In this document: piece after piece, positions 18,969-27,107 of the stretch
Numbering within the stretch: position 1 is the stretch's first letter
How the letters are laid out: each line of letters opens with the position of its first letter
From: a virus
Taxonomy: Duplodnaviria; Caudoviricetes
Length of the DNA stretch: 64,000 nt
IMG/VR virus record: IMGVR_UViG_3300017700_000931
Coordinates: 128,001 to 192,000 of that record
Direction: 5' to 3' (one strand)
Translations under genes and position numbers: made by a program
Notes under the pieces: generated by a model
What the model was told of the DNA's origin: nothing
The model's database searches: none
Seen by the model: the letters and a program-made list of their open reading frames with translations, nothing else

Positions 18969-19176
18969 ACTTAATCATTTCTATATAAATACCAATCTAA
19001 CAAGTTTTTGATTAAAATAAATAGGAGAAGTTGAAAACGATATATATAATCATAGTTATAATAACTGTTATTATAATAATAGATTAATATTACATATTAA
19101 TTATATATAAAAAACTAAATTTTTCATACATATGCAAGCTTTTTTTGAATTATTTTCAATATTTCTTACGAATCCC

Positions 19177-21756
19177 TTATTTTGCTGGGTTTGGATTTAA
19201 TTTTCCTCCACCAATTGCTTTTCTAATTTCTTCGGTAATTACTTTACTCAAATTTCTCATTAGGATTGGGTCACTTAAATCGATAGAACCAGAAGCACCA
19301 TCTCCAACCAGCTCAATTTTACCATTTATCGTTAATGGACTAAATGAAATATTTGAAGTACCCCCACCTTTTGTGGCTCCGCCTAAAGCTTTATCAACTG
19401 GACCATCTTTTTTGACTGCCATAACATCATCAGCTGGACTAATCCCAATCGGGGCTTGTCCGCTTCGCATAATAACGTCATCATAGCTATCAATATTTGA
19501 TATTTGTTTGTTTTTATCTTCAAAATTTAATTCTTTATAAGCACCATAACCACCCCCAAGTAGTCCTCCAATTAGTGCCCCCCAAGGGCCAAACATAGCA
19601 CCCATACCAGCACCTTGCATTGCTGAACTACCTATTCCAAGTGCTTTACCACCTGCACTATCAGGGTCATCCATACCACTTCTAAGATAATCCATACCCA
19701 TTCCTCCGGCCATACCCAATAAGCCTAAGCCCATGTTACCCATGCCGCCCATACCACCTTTTAAGCCACCCCACATTTTTCCACCAATACCTTTACCTTG
19801 TATACCAGCACCTCTGAAACCATTTTTTGCACCACTAAATGGGTTACCCATACCCATCATGTTACCCATGCCTCCACGTCCGAACATACCACGACGGCCA
19901 CCACCTCCGGGTCCACCCATACCTCCACCAATTGATGCACCCATATTAAATCCAACGGCCAATGCTTTACCATTTGCTACCCATTGTAGGTATTTAAATA
20001 ATCCCATACCACCAATAACCGAAATTAATGATGTGATTGGATTGTCGGCAACAAATTCAGCAATTGTAGTCGCAACTTTTGTGATTCCTTTCAACGCCTT
20101 TCCAATTGTAGTACCAATAGTTTTAGCTGATTCAAATAATTTATCGAATCCACCGCTTTTTTGAGCCCATTCCATGAAATCGGCCATTGGTTCTTTTAAA
20201 CCCTCGGAAAGACCATTTAAAATCGGAAATAACAGTGTTTTAAAAGTATTTTGTAAGTTCTGCCAAGTCTCATCAAAAGTTTGTGCTTGTTTTGCTCTTT
20301 CTTTTAATGAAGCTTTTTCATCCTTCATTTTTTTTATATCAGCATCCGTCAATGTTTTTATGTTTTTATTTTGACCATCAACATTTGCTTCCCATTGTTT
20401 TGTAATATCATTGAATGTTGCAATAGATGAAATGAATTCAATATTCTCATCATCTGTAACTCCCATACCAACATTCATTTCGATTTGTTGTATCTTAGCT
20501 GTTTCTCTAGACATTTCAGCTAATTTATCAGCACTAATTCCAGTAATATCAGCAATTTCTTTAATCCTATCAAAACCAAGACCGGATATTTCAAATTGAC
20601 CAGTTTCTTCATTGAATTTAGAAAATTCTTTTGTTGCCTCCCCAATATCTTTAGCAAAGGCTTCAAAATCATTTCTAGCTTTAAACATTAATTGGAAAGG
20701 GTCACCTAATTTAGCGAATTCACCACCCATTGTTTGTAATCTTGCAGCCATTTCAACCGCACCTTCTGGACGGAATACTTTATCTGCCATACTTGCAATC
20801 CCTTCCATATCCAAATGCATCTTTGCAGCTGCTGCCGCAAGTTTAACCATACCTTTAACACCATCCTTGAAGTGGAATCGATTAGCTAATTGCATATTTT
20901 TCTTTAAATTATTGGTAACTGCAACAGAATTTACACCCATTTTAGTAGATAAATTCATCATTTCTTCAATGATATTTTTAGTACCAATTGCTGATATACC
21001 GAAACTATCCATATTTGCTGCCATTTCAGCGGCACCATCAGCACCAAGCATAGTACCTTTGGATATTTCGGCCATGGCCTCTAATCCTTGTTGGCTTAAA
21101 ATTACACCTCTACCAATTTGTTCAGAATAAGACCCTTGCATTTTAGCTAAATCAGCAGCACTAACTCCTAATTGTTGTGTTGTTCCAGCGGCCTTATATA
21201 AATTCATTCTAAAGGCATCAGATTGCTTATTAAGAATACCCATGCTTTGTTCAGTAAGTTGAACAGCCTTCATTTCTTTAATTAATTCTTTAGAAATACC
21301 CTTTGCGGATTTGAATAATCCGACAGCACTCCTACCGATGGTTACAAATGATGCGGAAATTAAATTAGAAGAATTTGCTGATTCAGATAATATCGCAGCA
21401 TTTTCTTGTAATACAGCAGTTTTTTGTTTAGCGTATTTTAAACCTTCTTTTCTAGCAGCGATTTCTTTTTCTAATGCTCTAAGTTCAGCTTCGACTAGGG
21501 TTTTGTTTTTTCCTTGAAGTTTGCCGGATTTAGCTAAAAGTTCTTTTTTCTTCTTTTCTCTATCCTCAATTTCAGCCAATAACTTAGCTTCTTGCTGCCT
21601 TATATGCTGCAAGTTCTTAGCTACTTCTCTGATATCTTTTATGATAGAATTATATCCTTTAAGACCATCTGTTGCTCTACTTTGCAACTCAATTAATCTT
21701 TGATATTTTGCTTCTAACTCATTAAAATCATCTATGTTAAAACTTTCATTAGCCAT
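19177..21756 (-). CDS. Tail tape measure protein
   Basis: Coiled-coil N-terminus, Ala/Gly/Met-rich helices, hydrophobic segments; lies between chaperones and baseplate genes. Confidence 0.8.
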   Translation of the reverse strand: MANESFNIDDFNELEAKYQRLIELQSRATDGLKGYNSIIKDIREVAKNLQHIRQQEAKLLAEIEDREKKKKELLAKSGKLQGKNKTLVEAELRALEKEIAARKEGLKYAKQKTAVLQENAAILSESANSSNLISASFVTIGRSAVGLFKSAKGISKELIKEMKAVQLTEQSMGILNKQSDAFRMNLYKAAGTTQQLGVSAADLAKMQGSYSEQIGRGVILSQQGLEAMAEISKGTMLGADGAAEMAANMDSFGISAIGTKNIIEEMMNLSTKMGVNSVAVTNNLKKNMQLANRFHFKDGVKGMVKLAAAAAKMHLDMEGIASMADKVFRPEGAVEMAARLQTMGGEFAKLGDPFQLMFKARNDFEAFAKDIGEATKEFSKFNEETGQFEISGLGFDRIKEIADITGISADKLAEMSRETAKIQQIEMNVGMGVTDDENIEFISSIATFNDITKQWEANVDGQNKNIKTLTDADIKKMKDEKASLKERAKQAQTFDETWQNLQNTFKTLLFPILNGLSEGLKEPMADFMEWAQKSGGFDKLFESAKTIGTTIGKALKGITKVATTIAEFVADNPITSLISVIGGMGLFKYLQWVANGKALAVGFNMGASIGGGMGGPGGGGRRGMFGRGGMGNMMGMGNPFSGAKNGFRGAGIQGKGIGGKMWGGLKGGMGGMGNMGLGLLGMAGGMGMDYLRSGMDDPDSAGGKALGIGSSAMQGAGMGAMFGPWGALIGGLLGGGYGAYKELNFEDKNKQISNIDSYDDVIMRSGQAPIGISPADDVMAVKKDGPVDKALGGATKGGGTSNISFSPLTINGKIELVGDGASGSIDLSDPILMRNLSKVITEEIRKAIGGGKLNPNPAK

Positions 21757-21758
21757 TA

Positions 21759-22988
21759 TTAACCTAAATCAATTAATTTTATTTTACCTCTACCAACGAC
21801 TTCACGTTGTGGTTCATTATTGATTAATTTCACGAATTCAATTGTTGCCTCATAAGTTTTATCATCAAGCTTATTTCCTAATTTAACATACATGGATTCT
21901 CTTCTGTTATCAGCAGTTCTTTTGATTACTTTATCCTTGGTAAATTTCCCAACATAAGTCTTACCGTTAGTGAAATTAAAACGATACTCAGGTCTAATAT
22001 CCGGCCCCTCATATGAGAATTTTACATTTTTACCTTTTTGAACTTTACTTGATAAACCAAGTGAAGCTAATTTTTTTTCTAATGGAATAATACCCTTAGC
22101 TTTATTTCGACCCAAAATTCGGTCTAATAAACTAGGATTCTTAAACATCATACTTCTCATTGCTGGTGATTGCATAATATCACTAACCGAAAATTCTGGT
22201 TCATCTCTGTATTGACCCATATTTTCAATACTGAAAACATTTTTGATATATTCTTTTGAAATATTTCCACTATCAACATCTTTTAATTTCACAACTAGAT
22301 TTATCCCTTCAGATGTAGCTTCAATAGATTCAGGCCCAAAATAAAAATAAGAATTATCTAAACGTTGATAATGTGATGCATCAGCACCCACAAAATCAAT
22401 TGGACTCGCCTTTAATAAAGTATCTGTAACCTTTTCCACATGTAGCGTAATACTAGTAATGGTGTTTTTAGCAATAGAATCCTTATCTTTACCACTAGTA
22501 ATTAATTTACCAGTTTTTATTTCCATAACTTCACCTTCAGTGAAACCCTTAAATGAATTGATGATTTCGGTTTTTCTTTCTTCAAAATCAGCATGTACTT
22601 TTGATTGTGTTTTCGCTTGTGGTTCCGGTCTACCTTGACTAGGTGAAACACCACTAACGATTTCATCACCTCTTTTAATAACTATTGAATAAACACCATT
22701 GATTGTTGGTCCTTTAATGGTTCTTTTTGTTCTACCATCATCACCAATAACTAATCTATGTGTTGTAAGATTTGCACCATCAAAAGAATTATTAGTAAAC
22801 ACATAATATTCACCTTCCCATTCAAATGTTACTTGATTACCAAATTTATTAATAATTCTAGCACTATAAACTTGTTTACCTGTTTTAACAACCATAGTAT
22901 CACCTTTTTTGATTTTACTAAATGCGTCTTGGTAAGTAGCTTCTGTGATTAACTCTTTCAATGTTATATGTTCAACTCTCAATTTCAT
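21759..22988 (-). CDS. Hypothetical protein (409 aa), possible internal virion protein
   Basis: Full ORF; N-terminus MKLRVEHITLKELITE; TATTTAT upstream. Confidence 0.8.
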   Translation of the reverse strand: MKLRVEHITLKELITEATYQDAFSKIKKGDTMVVKTGKQVYSARIINKFGNQVTFEWEGEYYVFTNNSFDGANLTTHRLVIGDDGRTKRTIKGPTINGVYSIVIKRGDEIVSGVSPSQGRPEPQAKTQSKVHADFEERKTEIINSFKGFTEGEVMEIKTGKLITSGKDKDSIAKNTITSITLHVEKVTDTLLKASPIDFVGADASHYQRLDNSYFYFGPESIEATSEGINLVVKLKDVDSGNISKEYIKNVFSIENMGQYRDEPEFSVSDIMQSPAMRSMMFKNPSLLDRILGRNKAKGIIPLEKKLASLGLSSKVQKGKNVKFSYEGPDIRPEYRFNFTNGKTYVGKFTKDKVIKRTADNRRESMYVKLGNKLDDKTYEATIEFVKLINNEPQREVVGRGKIKLIDLG

Positions 22989-23021
22989 ACCGTACTTTAG
23001 TAATAAATATCAAAATATAAC

Positions 23022-23050
23022 AAAAATCCCTCTTTATTGTGGAGGGATTT
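23022..23050 (-). terminator. Intrinsic terminator overlapping the stop of the gp51-like ORF
   Basis: AAATCCCTC/GAGGGATTT 9-bp stem followed by T-rich sequence on the minus strand. Confidence 0.6.
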
Positions 23051-23255
23051 GTTTATTTCTCATTTGTGATTTTAATGCCTCACCAGATATTGTTTTTGTT
23101 CGGGTTCCTTTTCCGCCGGATGATTTTTGTTTTTTCATTTCATCCATTCGCTCTTTTTGTTGGTCCATTTCATCCTTAAACATTTCAATATAGAATCTTC
23201 TTTCATATACTGGCATATCCATTACATCTCGATACGTAAACTTTAAATGTTTCAT
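23034..23255 (-). CDS. Tail/baseplate assembly chaperone C-terminal part (T4 gp51-like); frame open upstream across the slippery run
   Basis: KHLKFTYRDVMDMPVYERRFYI pattern; directly follows the gp26-like gene. Confidence 0.7.
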   Translation of the reverse strand: MKHLKFTYRDVMDMPVYERRFYIEMFKDEMDQQKERMDEMKKQKSSGGKGTRTKTISGEALKSQMRNKQIPPQ

Positions 23256-23292
23256 ACAGATGTAAATTTCTTGTAAAAATGGTCGCTTATAA

Positions 23293-24414
23293 TTATAAGT
23301 TAGGCCAAAAAAACTTGAAGTTAACGGGAAGAAAGGTTTTTAATGACCCACCCCCCGGAGTCTCAATCTCAAGTTTCATATCAATTCCACTTTCAATTCC
23401 ATCAATATATTTTTTTATTGCGTTTGAATCACCAACTCTCATTGTTTGAACAAAATCTTTAATCCATGCTCTATCCCTAATTTCATTGACTTCAATGATT
23501 TGTTTTTCTAAAGTATATGTTACTGTATCAACATTTTCATCACCAGCCTTTAACATTTCAGAAACGTGATTTTCAATATCCTCAACATCACCAATAGTTA
23601 ATAATTTTATTTTCAATTTTGCTTTAGTTAATGGTAATGTAAAATCAATCAAACCTTCTTTATCAGTATCAATAGTTAATGGAATTGTTTTCAATTCAGA
23701 TAAATCAACAATATGTTCAAATGGTTCGGCAGTTTTAGGGTCAAACACTGTAATTGGATATTCGTGGCCATAACCTGTCGCCCTAAGCCAAATCATAATA
23801 GCGTTTCTATCTCCAACATGTAAATCTTTATATCTTAATTCAGTATCAAGCATTTTTCTATTGAATAATATTTCTAAGAATTCACCACTATCCATTAAAT
23901 TTGGATTTGTTAAAATATTTTCGTCTGCCGCAGTCAAATAAGCCACTTTAATTGACTTTTTCTTACCCTTATACAACTTACCACCAGATGGTAAAGGAAT
24001 TACGTCATAAGAAGCATTAATTTGTGGTTGACTTATTGTATAATATTTATCATAGCTTTCAGGCGCACTTTCTGGCATATCATAACCGGATGGTGAAATT
24101 GGTGGTTGTACTGGTGGTACAACTGGTGGTGTAACAATTTTTGTTGGAGCTTTTTGATTCATCATTTTTGCTCTTTCAATATCTAATAAATCTGCCCTAT
24201 CTCTTTGAATCTGAAGAAGTCTTTCTCTTTCAGCAATTTGTTGTTCTGTTTTCAAGCGCATCGCCTCAGCCGCAGCTTGTTCATTTATTGATACTTCATT
24301 ATTAAATTTAATTTGAGTTTCTTTTTCAAATTGATTTGCTATTTCAGCACCTGTTGCGTTAGCAGCAGCAATCTCTTCCAATGTTGGAAGTACTCGTGGT
24401 TTATTTTCTGACAT
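23293..24414 (-). CDS. Tail/baseplate hub assembly chaperone (T4 gp26-like)
   Basis: IPLPSGGKLY, YLTAADENILT, GDRNAIMIWLR, ends NFKFFWPNL; follows the tube gene. Confidence 0.8.
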   Translation of the reverse strand: MSENKPRVLPTLEEIAAANATGAEIANQFEKETQIKFNNEVSINEQAAAEAMRLKTEQQIAERERLLQIQRDRADLLDIERAKMMNQKAPTKIVTPPVVPPVQPPISPSGYDMPESAPESYDKYYTISQPQINASYDVIPLPSGGKLYKGKKKSIKVAYLTAADENILTNPNLMDSGEFLEILFNRKMLDTELRYKDLHVGDRNAIMIWLRATGYGHEYPITVFDPKTAEPFEHIVDLSELKTIPLTIDTDKEGLIDFTLPLTKAKLKIKLLTIGDVEDIENHVSEMLKAGDENVDTVTYTLEKQIIEVNEIRDRAWIKDFVQTMRVGDSNAIKKYIDGIESGIDMKLEIETPGGGSLKTFLPVNFKFFWPNL

Positions 24415-24488
24415 AATGTAAAAACTTTACTTAATTGTTATCTTTCTAATCTATTATATAAATAGTCATAGTAAAGTTTTCTAAAAAT

Positions 24489-24520
24489 AAAAAAGGACGT
24501 ACAATTTGTACGTCCTTTTT
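24489..24520 (-). terminator. Intrinsic terminator after the tail tube gene
   Basis: GGACGTAC/GTACGTCC stem flanked by A and T tracts. Confidence 0.85.
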
Positions 24521-24539
24521 ATAATTTTTTATGTTAATA

Positions 24540-25028
24540 TTAGAATACTAGGATTGCTCTGTCGAATCTCAAATCTACAGTGATATCTGCGATTGAGTCA
24601 TCGTCCATTGCTAAGTCACCAAACTGAACGTTTGTTGTCATGGTACCTTGTAATACCCATTTTTCAATAACTACTCCAGTTGGGTCAAGCATTTCCACTT
24701 CAACATCTTTCTTGTATCCAGCGGCATAACCTTGTCTACCAGTAATAGATTCTGAGTGTAATCTGACCCATTCCATGATTGCTTGTGCAGCAGATGGACC
24801 AATAGGGTCTCTAAATGTAACAGTAATTGGCTCCCAAGTAAATCTACCAATTACCCAAGTTGATGTGTTAAGAAATGGAATCTCAACCTCATTTTGTGTA
24901 ATTGATGGTCTAGAAGCACTTTGTAGCCACCATTCTTGAATACCCAAATCAGATGGGAATCTAATCAACCAACGATTCTTTTTCTTTGGTTCATACGGTA
25001 CGGGCATTTTCATTAACAAATCAGCCAT
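24540..25028 (-). CDS. Tail tube protein (T4 gp19-like)
   Basis: EPKKKNRW, SASRPSI, GRFTWEPITVTFRD, YKKDVEVEMLDPTG, WVLQG. Confidence 0.92.
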   Translation of the reverse strand: MADLLMKMPVPYEPKKKNRWLIRFPSDLGIQEWWLQSASRPSITQNEVEIPFLNTSTWVIGRFTWEPITVTFRDPIGPSAAQAIMEWVRLHSESITGRQGYAAGYKKDVEVEMLDPTGVVIEKWVLQGTMTTNVQFGDLAMDDDSIADITVDLRFDRAILVF

Positions 25029-25133
25029 TTTAATTAAATTTTAAAGTTCTCTTTATTTAATTATAAATATGCTGAAATGTGTTTTTTTCTAAAAAAAATT
25101 TTATTTAGTTAATTTTGATATCAAAAAGTGAAA

Positions 25134-25877
25134 TTAAATTGCTCTTTTTATAATATTATTTGGATTAGATGTGTCATAAATGACAAAATGTATATCTGGA
25201 TACTTTGGTTTTAGTGCTTTATTGATGAAATCTTTTATTGTATTGATGTTTCTTTGGTCATCGTCACTAATACCAATACTGAATTTACCATCAAATTCAA
25301 ACTCACTAGCCACATTAATTCTATGTTCTACGTATAAATCTAATGCTAATACTTTGCGTAATTCTATTGAATCAACAACATCTAATTCTTTTAATTGTGG
25401 GAAGTTCATCTCAGATGATGTTACTGGACTAATTATTTGTTTAGATAAATAGTTATTAAGGTCACCAACATTTTCTAACATCATATTCAATTCGTAATCC
25501 AAAAAAGTTTTACCTATAATCATAATGATTCCGGCTCTAATAACATCAATAGATTGACCTCTGGCAGTAATAATTGAAAAATCATTACCATATATTAAAC
25601 ATTCCTTGAATTTACTAAAAGATGGGCCATATGCTTTATCATTTAAAGCTTTATTTAGGTCAGTTATAAATTGTTGGTTATTGGAGAAATTTAAATATGG
25701 GTCAGCCACCCCGATTGGATATCGATATTCTGGATTTTTCCTAATTTCTGCATAGTCTTTGGTTGAAATTTCAATAATCTCCCACGACTCCCCAATTAGT
25801 TTCTCCATTATCATGGTAGTTGGCATATGAATGATATTATCATCCCAATCAAATACGTAAATTCTTTTATTTTTCAT
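25134..25877 (-). CDS. HAD-superfamily phosphatase-like protein (likely start 25877 rather than 25928)
   Basis: Motif I VFDWDD, motif II ITARG, motif IV ISDDD; TATATTTG promoter box at 25898-25905 lies inside the longer ORF call. Confidence 0.7.
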   Translation of the reverse strand: MKNKRIYVFDWDDNIIHMPTTMIMEKLIGESWEIIEISTKDYAEIRKNPEYRYPIGVADPYLNFSNNQQFITDLNKALNDKAYGPSFSKFKECLIYGNDFSIITARGQSIDVIRAGIIMIIGKTFLDYELNMMLENVGDLNNYLSKQIISPVTSSEMNFPQLKELDVVDSIELRKVLALDLYVEHRINVASEFEFDGKFSIGISDDDQRNINTIKDFINKALKPKYPDIHFVIYDTSNPNNIIKRAI

Positions 25878-25897
25878 ATAAAATGTTGTCGAATTAA

Positions 25898-25905
25898 CAA
25901 ATATA
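25898..25905 (-). promoter_or_regulatory. Bacteroidota -7 promoter box
   Basis: Minus strand TATATTTG (TAnnTTTG) with ATTG 20 nt upstream. Confidence 0.5.
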
Positions 25906-25931
25906 TTGAAAATAAATGTGATACACAATGA

Positions 25932-27029
25932 TTATTGGTCAAAAACACAATCCATAGGGGTTGTGGAACCATCATCCTTTTTAATTTTAAGTTTTTTACA
26001 CTTAGTTTTAGCACCACTAGTGTAGTGCATACGAACAGTTTTATTAGTTGAAGTAGTTATCTTAACCAATTCATATTGGTGCCTTTCAATAACTTGTGGT
26101 GCCGTTTCACCACCCTTAACTTCCTCATCGAATACAACAACTAATCTGATTGTAACATATCGATATGGTGCAGTTTTAATTCTAGCTTCAACTCTATCAC
26201 CCTTAGACATTCCGGGCTCAAATAAATTAGGCCCACTATTTGGTTTAGTAGTCGTACTGAATTTTGCGTCAGTTAAATCAAGTGTCATCATGAAATTTTC
26301 AACACTTTGTGCTCTTAATAATGATAATTGTTCGTTACCCATTTTTATTGGTTCAGTATCTGTTGATGATTCAATGAATACACCAATGATTTTACCACCA
26401 GCAAGCTTTATATCATTCACAACTATAGAAATAGAGTCCATAGTTGAAACACTCAAATCAAATGTACCTGTGTTGAAAAAATTATCTGACGACCATTTAA
26501 AATCAATGGTATCTTGTACGATAACGCTTGAACCTTTTGGAAGAATTGTGTCTCTCGTTATGATTACATCACTAATTGCATATCCTTGGCTTAATCTAGT
26601 TCTAAGGACTGATGGACTAGTTGTTCTTTGAGTATCGGTAGTATATGAAACCTTATCCTTTTTTTTATTTTTAGCATCGAGATAAGCAATCGTAGATTTA
26701 ATTCTTTCAGCATTTTGTTGAATTAACTCTCCGGCATTGGGCATCTTATTATCTATCCTATCAATTAATTTATTTAATTGGGTGGTATCAGATAATACAT
26801 TATTAACTTTTTGAATAATTTCTTGATTTGTTAAAGAGTTTTGTGCGATTGCTTTATTTTGACCAGTTAATGTCACACCAGCTAACATTAATAAACTCAA
26901 GGCAATTTCTTTAAAACCCTCTTCAATAACACCTTCAGTCAAAAGTTCATTTAATGCTGCTTCATCTTCATTTATTTGATGAGCAATTATCTTCAGTTGT
27001 TTTTCAGTTATGATTAATTTTTTTGCCAT
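25932..27029 (-). CDS. Membrane/secreted OmpA-like (peptidoglycan-binding) domain protein
   Basis: Hydrophobic IALSLLMLAGVTLTG; FNTGTFDL...IESSTD..NEQLSLLRAQSV...RYVTI OmpA_C pattern. Confidence 0.65.
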   Translation of the reverse strand: MAKKLIITEKQLKIIAHQINEDEAALNELLTEGVIEEGFKEIALSLLMLAGVTLTGQNKAIAQNSLTNQEIIQKVNNVLSDTTQLNKLIDRIDNKMPNAGELIQQNAERIKSTIAYLDAKNKKKDKVSYTTDTQRTTSPSVLRTRLSQGYAISDVIITRDTILPKGSSVIVQDTIDFKWSSDNFFNTGTFDLSVSTMDSISIVVNDIKLAGGKIIGVFIESSTDTEPIKMGNEQLSLLRAQSVENFMMTLDLTDAKFSTTTKPNSGPNLFEPGMSKGDRVEARIKTAPYRYVTIRLVVVFDEEVKGGETAPQVIERHQYELVKITTSTNKTVRMHYTSGAKTKCKKLKIKKDDGSTTPMDCVFDQ

Positions 27030-27061
27030 TATAGTCTTTTAATTATAAATATTTCATTAAC

Positions 27062-27089
27062 AAAGAAAGGGACCCACTGGGTCCCTTTC
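27062..27089 (-). terminator. Intrinsic terminator after the sheath gene
   Basis: GAAAGGGACCC/GGGTCCCTTTC 11-bp stem. Confidence 0.8.
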
Positions 27090-27107
27090 CTATTATAAAT
27101 TATATTT

